Shown here one piece after another: positions 1-10,439 of a stretch of DNA of 29,895 nt. The first letter of the stretch is position 1; every line of letters starts with the position of its first letter. Source of the stretch: a bacterium (GTDB taxonomy: Bacteria; Babelota; Babeliae; Babelales; JAUWHS01); NCBI GenBank assembly GCA_043818275.1, contig JBDRFY010000046.1, positions 1 to 29,895 on the forward strand. Reading direction: 5' to 3'. The notes below the pieces were generated by a model that was not told where the DNA came from, did no database searches, and worked only from the letters and a program-made list of their open reading frames with translations. A program made the position numbers and the translations under genes.

Positions 1-906
1 TTTAAATAATTCATTGCCTTCTTTTTCATCTATATTTATCTGGTTATTATTTTTGTTTAAATATGCTTTCGCTACAATTAACAATCTAGCAAAAAGTTGA
101 TTGTTTAAATCAGCAGATGAAATTGTTTCTTGATCTTTTAACTCTTCCCATTTTCTATCAAGATCTTGCCATTCCTTTCTCCAGTTAATTCGAATTTGGC
201 TTTCAGGCCATGCTGGTTGTACTCCTTCTGGTAAATCTTCCGGTAATTTGACTTGATTTTCATTTTCTAGTTTTAAAAGATTATTAAGTATTGTTTGTGG
301 TGTGTGAAAATATTTAAGTAAAGAATTTATTGCTTTTTTAATCGAATTTATCTCTCTTGGAAGTTGATCTATTTTTCCCTTTAATTTCACTCCTGTTTTT
401 TCATCCAGGAGACGTTTTTTTCTTGGTCTCGACTCTTTTATCTCTTTTTTTCTTTTACGTTGTTTTGAATATCCTGTTGTTGTGAGTTCTTCATTTTTAT
501 AACTAAGTTTCTTTTCAACTTTGTCTCTTCTTTTTTCTTTTTCGGCTTTCAGTTTTTCTAAAAATTTTAAAATTTTCCCTGCTTCATCAATATTAGATAA
601 AGAATAACCCATGCTGTTACTCGGAAAAAATCGATTCAGACCGGTGATGGCATTGATTTTTTTGTTCCAGATATCAGGATTTTCTATAGCTTCCCTCCAT
701 CTTCTACTTACACCTGAAGCTTTCTCAATTAGTTCTTCGGTTGTTAATTTGTTTAATATTTGTTCAAAAATTTCCTGCGGAAGCAATTTTGTTAAATCTT
801 CTTCCGAGCCTTCAACTTCCATTGGTTTTGGTAGTTGACTTAAAAGTTGTGAATTTTTTATGGATAAAATCAACAAAAGCAAAAATAGAATATTTTTATT
901 TTTCAT
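1..906 (-). CDS. Secreted F-box domain protein with basic NLS-like segment (partial; runs off the left edge, absent from ORF track)
   Basis: Manual translation from ATG at 906 is open for 302 codons to position 1: MKNKNILFLLLLILSIKNSQLLS (signal peptide-like), LLPQEIFEQILNKLTTEELIEKASGVSRRWREAIENPDIW (F-box consensus), KQRKRKKEIKESRPRKKRLL. An AAGGA SD-like motif lies upstream. Confidence 0.8.
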   Translation of the reverse strand, partial: MKNKNILFLLLLILSIKNSQLLSQLPKPMEVEGSEEDLTKLLPQEIFEQILNKLTTEELIEKASGVSRRWREAIENPDIWNKKINAITGLNRFFPSNSMGYSLSNIDEAGKILKFLEKLKAEKEKRRDKVEKKLSYKNEELTTTGYSKQRKRKKEIKESRPRKKRLLDEKTGVKLKGKIDQLPREINSIKKAINSLLKYFHTPQTILNNLLKLENENQVKLPEDLPEGVQPAWPESQIRINWRKEWQDLDRKWEELKDQETISSADLNNQLFARLLIVAKAYLNKNNNQINIDEKEGNELFK

Positions 907-1023
907 TCCGATTCCTTTGATTAAATTCAAACTTTGACTTTTTTTAGAATAATCAAATTGGAATTGTTTTTGCAATGAAATTGAATTTGAATTGGTTGTT
1001 GTTGTGAATTTTTTGAGACATGA

Positions 1024-1061
1024 AAAATTGGGTGCGGCTGAATATTTACGCACCCAATTTT
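1024..1061 (-). terminator. Intrinsic terminator hairpin, possibly bidirectional
   Basis: 13-bp perfect inverted repeat AAAATTGGGTGCG/CGCACCCAATTTT directly after the stop of the 1066..2442 gene. Confidence 0.75.
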
Positions 1062-1065
1062 GTGT

Positions 1066-2442
1066 TTAAATTATTTTTAAAACAGTCCAAAAAATTAGCG
1101 CTATTACAACATCAAATAAAATATATAATGGCCTACTTTTAAAGGTTGGTTTTATTTTCCATTTATAATGCGCGTGGATTGAAAGAATTAAAAAACTTAG
1201 AACTTGAATGAAAATTATACTTAAAAGAGTAATGATAGGCGTGGTTGATTTTGTCAGAACAAATAAATAAAAAAGTGCAAATTCAAAAAGTTTGAAAAAT
1301 AAAAATTTTTGGGGTTTTTCTTCCAGTGTATAAAATTGTTCGTAGACGATAAAAAAGTGTTCAGCTAAAACAATCATTAAAAAAACAAACGAAAATGATA
1401 TGGCCGTTTGAGCAACGTGATCCAGCGAAACTTTAAGTCCTAGTAAGTTTTTGTAATTAATTATTAAAAATATCAAAATACAATACATCAAATTATTAAG
1501 TTTGCGTGAAAGTAAATTAAAGACTTCTTTTTTGATTTCCAGCGTAGATTTTTTTGTTGTTGCTAGCAACGCGTTGCCTGAAAAGCTTATTGCCGCTTTA
1601 ATAACAGCCTTTGCTGAATCTGCAATTAAACTGGCAAATTTTAAAATTCCAGCTTGTGGTATTCCTATGCGCATTGCAAAAATTGGGGTCAAAAAATTAC
1701 CGGTGAAAAATGTTTTAATTATCTGATTTGGAAATGCAAATAAGCGGGTTTTCAAAATTCGTTTGTATATCTTTGAAGGTAATTTTTCTTCCAATTCAGG
1801 AAGAGTGTTATAAAACTGAAATACAAATAAAATAAATGTAAAAACAGCGATAGCTGAGTTTATTAAAAATGGGATAAAAATAGTGTTTAAAGTTATTTGA
1901 AAGTTAAAAAAATAAAGAAACAAAATTAATAAATAATATAACACAGTAAATATTGTTTCATAAATTATTACCTGGCGGGAATAAAAAATGTAATGCAAAA
2001 ATGTTCTGAAAAAAATTCGTATACCTTCAATAAATATTAATAATGGTAATGTTAATAAAAATGGAGAAGTCGGCTGATAAAAAATACTTTTTTGATAAAA
2101 AAACGTAGCAATTATTGCAGCTAAGATAAGTAATGGAATTTGGGGAAAAAAATAAAAAGTAAAAAGTTTTTTAAAATTATTTTTACTTTCTGTCAGATAA
2201 CTTAAAAAAGGCGGCAATGATGTTGTTGCAGCAAAGTCTGAAAAATAAATAGAAAAGTATGCAATGGAATAAATTGCTCCCATTAATCCAAACTGATTTG
2301 ATGTTAAGATTTTTATCAAAAAAATATGGTAAAAAATTTTTAATGATTCAAAAGCTATACTTCCAAATACATTCCAGCGAAAAGCAAAGTTGAATTTTTT
2401 TTGGGTCAATGAAGATAAATAAAAATCACTTGTTATTTTCAT
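1066..2442 (-). CDS. Polytopic membrane protein, MOP superfamily (Wzx/MATE/MurJ-like flippase)
   Basis: 458 aa with about 12 hydrophobic segments; N-terminal ILTSNQFGL resembles the L...+G motif of polysaccharide flippases. Confidence 0.55.
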   Translation of the reverse strand: MKITSDFYLSSLTQKKFNFAFRWNVFGSIAFESLKIFYHIFLIKILTSNQFGLMGAIYSIAYFSIYFSDFAATTSLPPFLSYLTESKNNFKKLFTFYFFPQIPLLILAAIIATFFYQKSIFYQPTSPFLLTLPLLIFIEGIRIFFRTFLHYIFYSRQVIIYETIFTVLYYLLILFLYFFNFQITLNTIFIPFLINSAIAVFTFILFVFQFYNTLPELEEKLPSKIYKRILKTRLFAFPNQIIKTFFTGNFLTPIFAMRIGIPQAGILKFASLIADSAKAVIKAAISFSGNALLATTKKSTLEIKKEVFNLLSRKLNNLMYCILIFLIINYKNLLGLKVSLDHVAQTAISFSFVFLMIVLAEHFFIVYEQFYTLEEKPQKFLFFKLFEFALFYLFVLTKSTTPIITLLSIIFIQVLSFLILSIHAHYKWKIKPTFKSRPLYILFDVVIALIFWTVLKII

Positions 2443-3177
2443 GTCTGTTTTTTCGTATTTAAAAAGATAAAGTCTAATTATAAATATGTATTTGATGTTA
2501 GTAAATTTATTATATATTTTTTTCCATAGCTATTGTTATGGGTTATTTAAATATAATAAGCATTTGTGATTTATGTCCTTCTGGAGGCCTTTAATAATGT
2601 ATGCTTTCGAGGGTTTGAAATTTTGAAAGAAATTGTAAACATTAATATTTAATGAATATGCAAAAAAGAATTGTAAATTTTGTGAAATTTGAACAAATTC
2701 CATTTTTATATTGATTGGATGGATTGTTTCAGAGTTGTTTTTAATCAGAAGTTGGTTTTCTGATAGCCAAAAATTAAAAAAATTAAAATCCAAATAGATA
2801 CAGTATGGACTTGTATGTTATTTGTAATTTAATTGGAGGTATTCGTTATTTGAAATAATTTGACAGTTTATTCTGGTTGTGTATTTGGCAGGCACCAGGA
2901 AAATTCTATTTAAGAAAAATAATTATATTTCAAAATTGTAAATACGCTAACTTTATTTTATATTTTATAAAAATATTTTAGGTGGTCAGCCTGAAAATAA
3001 GCGGGACGGATTAATTTTTTTAAGGATTCAGGGAGAAAAGTTAAAATGGTTTTTTTTGATTTCCAGATATCAAAAAGATTTTTTTTAAAAAAATTAACTT
3101 TAATGCCTACTATATATTATTATGAAGGTGATGTGAGGGATGGGGGGTGAACAACAATAAGAGCTAGGAAAAAAATC

Positions 3178-3609
3178 CTAGCTCTTATTGTTTGATTTTA
3201 AGGTTTGATTGTAAATGTATAGTTGTTTTTCAAGTTCGTGTAATTGGGTCATATCTATTAAATGTATAATTTTTTTATTTGAAGCATCTTTTTTTATTTC
3301 AGCAATATTGGTTTGTACGTTTTGTAGCTTTTTTTCGTCTAGCTCGTTTTCCATGTAGTAAGATAACAAATACGCTTGTTCATCAATATGAGCGTTCAGT
3401 TTTTCAACCAAATTATTTATAACCTCTTCTTTATTCTCTTTTGTTTGATTATTTGTTTCGATTGGATTAATCAAAGGAATAATCACACTTTTTTGATTTT
3501 TGTAAATTTTGGGAATGTTTGTTTTGGTGATTTTTGTGATAATCAAAATTGTAATTAACAAAATAATTAATTTTGATACTAAATCTTTTAATAGATTAAT
3601 CATTGTCAA
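3178..3609 (-). CDS. Hypothetical protein with N-terminal membrane anchor and helical/coiled-coil C-terminus
   Basis: 143-aa ORF; hydrophobic LIILLITILIIT followed by a charged helical region. Confidence 0.55.
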   Translation of the reverse strand: MTMINLLKDLVSKLIILLITILIITKITKTNIPKIYKNQKSVIIPLINPIETNNQTKENKEEVINNLVEKLNAHIDEQAYLLSYYMENELDEKKLQNVQTNIAEIKKDASNKKIIHLIDMTQLHELEKQLYIYNQTLKSNNKS

Positions 3610-3808
3610 CTCTTTTTTTTAAATATTTATTTAACCATATATTTTCAGATATAATACCTTAACTTGCGCAAGTCAAATGGCTTTTTTGTAAAAAGGGTTA
3701 ATTTAGTGGTTTTTTATATTTATTTGAGTAAAAAATTTGTTTTTTGTAATATAAAAAGCACCTGATCTTTTTAAACTCACACCAATCGAAAAAAAGAAGG
3801 GATTATTT

Positions 3809-4360
3809 ATGTTCAAAGTAGGTGACAACGTAGTCTATCCTGCTCATGGGGTGGCTGTTATCGAGGAGGTTGTTGAGAAAAAAGTTCTTGGAATGTCCAT
3901 AAAATTTTTTAAGTTAAGGCTGTTATTCAAAGAGACCAAAATTTTAGTTCCCATTAAAAATATAGAAACAGCTGGAATTCGTTATTTAAGTACACATAAA
4001 GAATTAGAAACGTTCTTAAAAGAACTATATAAACCACCAACAAAAAAACTAATTGGTTTAGATATCACTCCTAGTGGTTGGAACAGAAGAAACAAAGAGT
4101 ATCAAATGAAAATCCAGGATGGCTTATTGATTGAGATGCTTCAAATTTATAGAGATTTAATGCATACATCTTATGAAAAAGAACTTTCTTTTGGCGAAAG
4201 AAATATTCTTCATTTAACTGAGGAACTGATTTCTGAAGAAATTCAGCAAGTTAAAAAATGTGATAAGGACATTGTTTTGCAAGAATTAAGAATGCCGTTT
4301 AAACAATTCTTTTTTCATGATCATAAAAACCTTAAACTTGTTTCATCTTCCTCTACTTAA
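3809..4360 (+). CDS. carD: CarD family RNA polymerase-binding transcription factor
   Basis: MFKVGDNVVYPAHGVAVI N-terminus; conserved W in GWNRR; LSFGER motif. Confidence 0.93.
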   Translation: MFKVGDNVVYPAHGVAVIEEVVEKKVLGMSIKFFKLRLLFKETKILVPIKNIETAGIRYLSTHKELETFLKELYKPPTKKLIGLDITPSGWNRRNKEYQMKIQDGLLIEMLQIYRDLMHTSYEKELSFGERNILHLTEELISEEIQQVKKCDKDIVLQELRMPFKQFFFHDHKNLKLVSSSST

Positions 4361-4368
4361 ACTATTGA

Positions 4369-5349
4369 ATGAAAGAATTAACACATAAAAAAAATCCATA
4401 TGTTTTAATAATTACCGGGCCGACAGCGTCCGGTAAAACCGATTTATCTTTAAAAATAAGTACATTTTTTGATGTCGAAATTATTAATATTGATGTAGGG
4501 CAGTTTTATGGACCTTTATCTATAGGAACCGCTAAACCAGACTGGAAAAATCAGTTGGTACCACATCATTGTTTTGACATTATTAATGAGCCAAAAGATT
4601 TATCTGTATATGAATTTAATAAAATAGTTTTACACAAAATAAATGAAGTTTGGACCAAAGAAAAAATTCCGGTTCTTGTTGGTGGTTCTTTGTTTTATAT
4701 AAAATCTTTATTTTTTCAGCCACAAGAGTTAGCGCAAGTTAAAATTGAACAAACAGACAAACTAAAAGATCTAAGCGTGCTACAGCTTTGGGAAAAACTA
4801 AATGAAGTGGATCCAAAACGAGCTTGTGAAATAGAAAAAAATGATGCCTATAGAATTAATCGCGCGCTGCAGATTTGGCAGACAACAGGAATTAAACCTT
4901 CAGAATATAGACCTAAATTTAAGCCTCCATTTAAATCAAGAATTTTATTTTTAAATCCAGATAAAAAAATATTAAAAGAACGAATTGATACAAGAACTAA
5001 AAAGATGATTGAAGGTGGATGGATCAAAGAAGTTGAGAACTTACTAGGAACAGACTGGGAAAACTTTTTAGAAGTTAAAAAGTTAATTGGTTATGCGCAA
5101 ATTATTCAATGGTTAAGGGGAGAGCAAAAAAATTTAGATGTTTTAATTAAAATAATTCAGACCAAAACATGGCAATATGCAAAAAGACAATTAACTTTTT
5201 GGAGAGCCTTTAAGAAATTATTAGAAAAAAGTATGCAACAGGTTCAGAAAAGAATAAAAATTTCAGTGATAAATGATTTATCTGAAAAAACAATTAAAAA
5301 AATTAAACTGGATATTTTAGCCGATCTGGATGCTTTATCTAATTTTTAA
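4369..5349 (+). CDS. miaA: tRNA dimethylallyltransferase
   Basis: GPTASGKT P-loop, LSIGTAKP, VPHH, VGGSLFY, TWQYAKRQLTF. Confidence 0.95.
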   Translation: MKELTHKKNPYVLIITGPTASGKTDLSLKISTFFDVEIINIDVGQFYGPLSIGTAKPDWKNQLVPHHCFDIINEPKDLSVYEFNKIVLHKINEVWTKEKIPVLVGGSLFYIKSLFFQPQELAQVKIEQTDKLKDLSVLQLWEKLNEVDPKRACEIEKNDAYRINRALQIWQTTGIKPSEYRPKFKPPFKSRILFLNPDKKILKERIDTRTKKMIEGGWIKEVENLLGTDWENFLEVKKLIGYAQIIQWLRGEQKNLDVLIKIIQTKTWQYAKRQLTFWRAFKKLLEKSMQQVQKRIKISVINDLSEKTIKKIKLDILADLDALSNF

Positions 5350-5438
5350 ATAAATTTAAGTTGAAAAAAACTACTCGTACAGTAGACTGCTTACCTATAA
5401 GAGTAAGGAGTTTTTAATACATTTTTGCAAGGATTAAG

Positions 5439-7424
5439 ATGATTTATATATTTAGAAAAGAGATGCGTAAATGGAAAAATGTTTTATGGTTGGTTTTGGC
5501 ATCTTTTGTTATTGGAGGCGCGTCATTTTTATTTGTTCGTAGACACGATCCCCGAAATATGCCGATTGGAAAAGTTGGCGGTCAGGAAATAAGTTTAAAG
5601 GAATACCAAACATCTTTAAATGAAATTAAAACAACAATTGATATGTACAAGAATTATGCAAAAGCATATGGAGCTCCAGTTGATATGTTTTTAAACATGT
5701 TTGGTTTATCAAATCCTGAACAGGCCGCATTTGATAAATGTGTAAGAGGTAAATTAGTTGAAGGGGTTCAGGATTCTTTAAATATTCAGTTAAATGATGA
5801 AATATTTAATGAGGAATTAGCTAAAACAATTCCAGGTTATTTGGTTGATGCTACAGGAAAAATCAATATTAAAGCTTACAGAAATTATTTAAATAGTCGT
5901 CTTGGTATAACAGTTTCAGATTATGAAGATTCGATGAAAGATCATTTTGCTCAAGAAATTGTTGGTAATGCGGTAAGAGTTGGTTCTTATTCTTCTGAAA
6001 GTGATGCGCAGGAACTTTTTTCGCAAAATAATTTAAAGAAAAGTTTTCAATTTATACATTTTCCATTTGAACATTTTTTAAATAAAACAAAAAGCAATAA
6101 AATTGAAGATAAAGAAATAAAAGAATTTTTTCATAAAAATAAAGAAAATTATCGTGTTGGTAAAAAAGTAAAAATTGATTATTGGGTTCTTGATGTTGAT
6201 TCTTATGAAAAGAAAGTAAAAATCGATGATGGGGCAGTAGAAAATTATTATGAAAGAAATAAGTCAAGCCTTTTCAGGATTCCGCCAAAGGTAAAAGTTC
6301 GACATATTCTTTTGCGTATACCTGAAATGGCTACTCCGGATCAGGTAGAAATAGTTAAGAAAAAAGCAAAAGAGATTGAGGAAAAATTAGCAGCCGATCC
6401 AGGTAAGTTTGTGGAATTGGTTAATAAATATTCACAGGATGAAGAAACTAAAGGATCTGATGGTTTAATTGATTTTTTCCAAAAGGGTAAATATGACACG
6501 GAGTTTGAAAAAGCTGCATTTAGATTAAAAGAAAAAGATGAGATTTCCAAAACAATAAAAACAAGAGATGGTTTAGAGATTATTCAGTTGGTAGACAGAA
6601 TTGCTGCAGCAGAAAAACCGTTGGAAGATGTCAGAAATCAGATTATAAAAACATTAAAAGCGAAAAAAGGGTTAAACAATTTAAAAGGAGATATAGAAAG
6701 TTTGCTTTATAAAGCCCGTACAAATATAGAAGAAATTGCTGAATTCATGAATAAAAACAATATAAAAAAAGAGCAGACCGATTGGCTTTCAGATAGTGAT
6801 ACTGATGGAGAAAATATAAAAAATCTTTTGGCTCAAAGATTTTTTTCAAAACAGGCTTCAAAGAAAAGTTACGGATATTTGGTTAATGATTCTTTGTATA
6901 CCGTTTATTTGTTAAATGAAAAAAAAGATAGCTTTATTCCTAAATTTGAAGATATAAAAGATAAAATTTTACAGGATTTATATGAACAAAATACAAAAAA
7001 AGATTTAAAAAAAATTGTGCGAAATTCTAAAAAACAAATTTTATTAAACGAAAAAAGGCCTGCTGAAATCGCTGCGGATTTGGGATTAAAAATTAAAACA
7101 ACCGGAATGATTGAAAAAGGCGCAAAAATTTCAGGTATTTCGGAAGAATCTGATTTTAGCAATGCAATTTTTATATTGAATGATAAAAATCAGGTTGCGA
7201 AACAAAAAATAAATAAAGATTATTATCTGGTTCAATTAATTAATCAGGAAGATTTTTCAAAAGAAAAATTTGAAAAAGAAAAAAAAGAACTTTTAGAAAA
7301 AATTAAAGAGACTGAAAAAAATGTAATCCTGGAAGCATTTCTTTCATCATTAATGAGAAATTCAAAAATAGAACGATTTGATAAAATTCAACAAACAAAA
7401 GAAATAGAATACCCTGATTATTAG
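5439..7424 (+). CDS. ppiD: Membrane-anchored peptidyl-prolyl isomerase/chaperone (PpiD-like; SurA N-domain plus parvulin domain)
   Basis: N-terminal TM helix; parvulin motifs VRHILL, YSQD...DGLIDFF, EFEKAAF; 661 aa. Confidence 0.8.
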   Translation: MIYIFRKEMRKWKNVLWLVLASFVIGGASFLFVRRHDPRNMPIGKVGGQEISLKEYQTSLNEIKTTIDMYKNYAKAYGAPVDMFLNMFGLSNPEQAAFDKCVRGKLVEGVQDSLNIQLNDEIFNEELAKTIPGYLVDATGKINIKAYRNYLNSRLGITVSDYEDSMKDHFAQEIVGNAVRVGSYSSESDAQELFSQNNLKKSFQFIHFPFEHFLNKTKSNKIEDKEIKEFFHKNKENYRVGKKVKIDYWVLDVDSYEKKVKIDDGAVENYYERNKSSLFRIPPKVKVRHILLRIPEMATPDQVEIVKKKAKEIEEKLAADPGKFVELVNKYSQDEETKGSDGLIDFFQKGKYDTEFEKAAFRLKEKDEISKTIKTRDGLEIIQLVDRIAAAEKPLEDVRNQIIKTLKAKKGLNNLKGDIESLLYKARTNIEEIAEFMNKNNIKKEQTDWLSDSDTDGENIKNLLAQRFFSKQASKKSYGYLVNDSLYTVYLLNEKKDSFIPKFEDIKDKILQDLYEQNTKKDLKKIVRNSKKQILLNEKRPAEIAADLGLKIKTTGMIEKGAKISGISEESDFSNAIFILNDKNQVAKQKINKDYYLVQLINQEDFSKEKFEKEKKELLEKIKETEKNVILEAFLSSLMRNSKIERFDKIQQTKEIEYPDY

Positions 7425-7437
7425 AAAGATATTTAAA

Positions 7438-8520
7438 ATGACACAAAAACAAGCTATTAAACAAGCTCAAGATTCTGAAAATGTAAAACAGAATTCTGAA
7501 GATGTAAAAAAGAATTCTGAAAATGTAAAACAGAATTCTGAAAAGCAAAAAGCATTAGAAATAGCTTTTGCCCAAATTGATAAACAATTTGGAAAAGGAT
7601 CAGTAATGCTTTTGGGCCAAAAACCCGCGGTTAAGGCGGATACCGTTTCGACCGGATCAATTTTAATTGACCACGCGTTAGGTATTGGTGGATTACCGCG
7701 AGGTAGAGTTACAGAAATTTATGGACCGGAAGCTTCAGGAAAAACAACTTTAACTTTGCATGCAATTGCGGAAGCGCAGAAAAAAGGTGGAATTTGTGCT
7801 TTCGTTGATGCTGAACACGCAATGGATCCAGAATACGCAAGAAATGTAGGTGTTAAGGTTGATGATCTTATAATTTCACAGCCTGATTATGGTGAACAAG
7901 CTTTGGACATTGCTGAAACGTTAATTCGTTCTGGAGCTGTAGATTTATTAGTTATTGATTCAGTCGCCGCATTAGTTCCTAAACATGAATTAGAAGGTGA
8001 GATGGGAGATCAGCATGTTGGATTACAGGCAAGACTGATGTCCCAGGCTTTACGAAAACTTACTCCCATTGTTCATAAATCAAAAACTGTTTTAATTTTT
8101 ATAAATCAGATTCGACATAAAATTGGCGGCATGCCTTTTGCAAACAATGAAACAACGACTGGTGGAAATGCTTTGAAATTTTATGCTTCGGTGAGATTGG
8201 AGATTCGGCGAATTGCCACATTGAAAAAAAATGACAAAGCTTTTGGTAATAGGGTTGCTGTTAAGGTTGTAAAAAATAAAATGGCTCCACCATTTAAAAG
8301 AATAGAGGCGGATCTTATTTTTGGAGTAGGAATAAGCCCGGAACTTGACTTATTGGACGCAGCGATTAATTTTGGAGTAGTTGATCAATCTGGAGCATGG
8401 TTTAACTATGGTAAGGAAAGAATTGCTCAGGGAAGAGATAATTGCCTGATTCAGCTTAAGGAAGATAAAAAATTGTTCCAGAAGATTCGTGATGACGTTT
8501 ATAGCAAGTTTAAATTATAA
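7438..8520 (+). CDS. recA: Recombinase A
   Basis: [46 protein letters not shown]. Confidence 0.99.
   Translation: MTQKQAIKQAQDSENVKQNSEDVKKNSENVKQNSEKQKALEIAFAQIDKQFGKGSVMLLGQKPAVKADTVSTGSILIDHALGIGGLPRGRVTEIYGPEASGKTTLTLHAIAEAQKKGGICAFVDAEHAMDPEYARNVGVKVDDLIISQPDYGEQALDIAETLIRSGAVDLLVIDSVAALVPKHELEGEMGDQHVGLQARLMSQALRKLTPIVHKSKTVLIFINQIRHKIGGMPFANNETTTGGNALKFYASVRLEIRRIATLKKNDKAFGNRVAVKVVKNKMAPPFKRIEADLIFGVGISPELDLLDAAINFGVVDQSGAWFNYGKERIAQGRDNCLIQLKEDKKLFQKIRDDVYSKFKL
7468..7551 (+). repeat. 21-bp in-frame tandem repeat (about 4 copies) in the 5' end of recA
   Basis: CAAGATTCTGAAAATGTAAAA / CAGAATTCTGAAGATGTAAAA / AAGAATTCTGAAAATGTAAAA / CAGAATTCTGAAAAGCAAAAA. Confidence 0.92.
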
Positions 8521-8543
8521 ATTTTGTTTTATGAGGTTTATAA

Positions 8544-9110
8544 GTGAGTAATAAGCACAAAGCAAAGGGACCTAAGAGTCAAATCGATAATTTAGCTGAA
8601 AAATATCTTGTAAATGAAGATATAAAAGCTAAGGAGGTTTTTATTATTGGGAGTGACGGAGAAAAGAAAGGAATTTTTCCAAAACAAAGAGCTTTGGAAA
8701 TGGCCGTTGAAGAGGGGTTAGATTTGGTTCAGGTAGGAATGAATGACGCTCAGGTTATTACAAAAATAATGGATTTTGGTAAGTTTTTGTACGCCAAAAA
8801 AAAACAAATGGCTGATGCAAAAAAACATCAAAAGGTTCTTCAGGTAAAAGAAATTAAAATTAGACCAAATATTGGTGACCAGGATTATAATACGAAGATG
8901 AAACAGGCAGCTAATTTTTTAAAAACAGGAAAAAAAGTTAAATTTACGTTGCAGTTTCGTGGTCGACAGATGTTGGTTAAGAGTGAATTGGGACAACAGA
9001 TGTTTGATCGAATAACAGGTTATTTAAAAGAGCAAGGCTTTGACAACCTGATAGAAGAAAAAGATCAGAAGATTGGCCCTTATTGGACTAAAATTTATTT
9101 TGTAAAATAA
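8544..9110 (+). CDS. infC: Translation initiation factor IF-3
   Basis: VNEDI, GLDLVQV, KIMDFGKFLY, VKEIKIRPNI, VKFTLQFRGR; upstream of rpmI-rplT; GTG start after GAGG. Confidence 0.95.
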   Translation: MSNKHKAKGPKSQIDNLAEKYLVNEDIKAKEVFIIGSDGEKKGIFPKQRALEMAVEEGLDLVQVGMNDAQVITKIMDFGKFLYAKKKQMADAKKHQKVLQVKEIKIRPNIGDQDYNTKMKQAANFLKTGKKVKFTLQFRGRQMLVKSELGQQMFDRITGYLKEQGFDNLIEEKDQKIGPYWTKIYFVK

Positions 9111-9197
9111 AATAAAATCGGTTAATATAGTTTTTACCTTTAATAAAGGGAAAAACGTTACTTATAGAAAATTTATGAATTTTGACTGGAGTTAAAA

Positions 9198-9392
9198 ATG
9201 CCAAAGATGAAAACACATTCAACAAGCAAAAAAAGATTTAAGAAAAGTAGTACCGGTAAGATTAAAAGATCCAAGGCTTATAAAAGACACCATGCATGGG
9301 CAAAAACGCATAAACAGATAAGGGATTTAAGAAAGGCTGATTATTTAACGGGTGCGAATGAAAAAAATATCGCAAAGCTTCTTCCTTATTAA
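9198..9392 (+). CDS. rpmI: 50S ribosomal protein L35
   Basis: MPKMKTHSTSKKRFK...LLPY; synteny. Confidence 0.96.
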   Translation: MPKMKTHSTSKKRFKKSSTGKIKRSKAYKRHHAWAKTHKQIRDLRKADYLTGANEKNIAKLLPY

Positions 9393-9440
9393 TTTATTTA
9401 ATGTTTTTAATTTAAGATTAGAATTTGAGGTTTAATTGTT

Positions 9441-9788
9441 ATGAGTAGAATTAAAGGTGGTTTGGCTTCCAGAAAAAGACGTAAGCGCCTATTAAAACAA
9501 ACAAAAGGTTACTGGGGGCAGCGTAAAAATGTTTTTAAACGGGCAAAAGAAACTCTTTTGCGTGCGTTAGAAAATGCTTTTATCGGCAGAAAAAAGAAAA
9601 AAAGAGATTTTAGAGCATTGTTTGTTTCCAGAATTAATTCTGCCTGCAGAATTAATAATACAACTTATAGTTGTTTTATTAATGATTTGAAAAAAGCTAA
9701 CGTGCAACTTAACAGAAAAATGTTAAGTCAGTTGGCTGTGTTTGAACCAAAAGCATTTGAAACGATTGTAAAATCTGTATCAAAATAA
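9441..9788 (+). CDS. rplT: 50S ribosomal protein L20
   Basis: MSRIKGG, KGYWG, KKRDFRALF, LNRKMLSQLA. Confidence 0.97.
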   Translation: MSRIKGGLASRKRRKRLLKQTKGYWGQRKNVFKRAKETLLRALENAFIGRKKKKRDFRALFVSRINSACRINNTTYSCFINDLKKANVQLNRKMLSQLAVFEPKAFETIVKSVSK

Positions 9789-9794
9789 AACTTC

Positions 9795-9824
9795 TTGAAT
9801 TTTAAAAATGTTTCTAGTTACACT
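9795..9824 (+). promoter_or_regulatory. Possible sigma70 promoter for zapB-zapA
   Basis: TTGAAT-18 bp-TACACT; the AT-rich background makes chance matches common. Confidence 0.3.
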
Positions 9825-9876
9825 TCTAATATTGTGGGGTGTAGGGGTTTAAACAAAAAAGAAAAAGGAAATTCAA

Positions 9877-10134
9877 ATGAAGTTATTAGAAGAGTTAGAA
9901 AATAAAGTTCTTCAATTGATACAGAAAAACAAAGATCTACAAAATGAAATTTCTAAATTGCACGAAGTTAAACGTAATCTTATTGAGCAAAATAAAAAAT
10001 TAGAATCAACTTCAATGCAAAATAATAGCAATTTAGAGAATTTAAACAAAGAGAGAGATGAGATAAAGGGTAGTATAGAAGAGCTGCTTAGTAGTATGGA
10101 AGCTTTAGAAAAAGCAAGCAGTAAAAATACTTAA
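9877..10134 (+). CDS. ZapB-like coiled-coil cell division protein
   Basis: 85-aa heptad coiled coil starting LEELENKVLQLI; directly upstream of zapA. Confidence 0.65.
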   Translation: MKLLEELENKVLQLIQKNKDLQNEISKLHEVKRNLIEQNKKLESTSMQNNSNLENLNKERDEIKGSIEELLSSMEALEKASSKNT

Positions 10135-10149
10135 TTTTGATAGTTTATC

Positions 10150-10422
10150 ATGGAAAACAAAAAGAAATTTAAAATTATAATTTTAGGCAAAGAATATACA
10201 ATAACAACAGATGAAGATGAAAGTTGTATTAAAAATGCCGCTGAATTGTTAAATAATTTATTACAGGAATATAATGAAAAAGCTCCATCAATTGGTGAAG
10301 CTCAGCGAAATTTACTTGTGGCGTTGCAACTTGCAACAGATTTAACAAAAAATTCAGGTATATTGAAATCAAATGATTCGCGATTAAAAGAGTTAAACTC
10401 TTTGCTTAATGATAGTTTATAA
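10150..10422 (+). CDS. zapA: Cell division protein ZapA
   Basis: IIILGKEYTI...AAELLN...LLVALQLA pattern; upstream of rny. Confidence 0.85.
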   Translation: MENKKKFKIIILGKEYTITTDEDESCIKNAAELLNNLLQEYNEKAPSIGEAQRNLLVALQLATDLTKNSGILKSNDSRLKELNSLLNDSL

Positions 10423-10439
10423 ATTTTTATATTTTTTAA

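Noticed and set aside
611..838. 75-aa + strand ORF
   Set aside because: Antisense shadow of the F-box gene on the minus strand
7303..7548. Minus ORF with FRILFYI repeats
   Set aside because: Antisense reading of the recA 21-bp repeat
7468..7551. Direct repeats as a possible CRISPR array
   Set aside because: Head-to-tail, in-frame, no spacers and no cas genes
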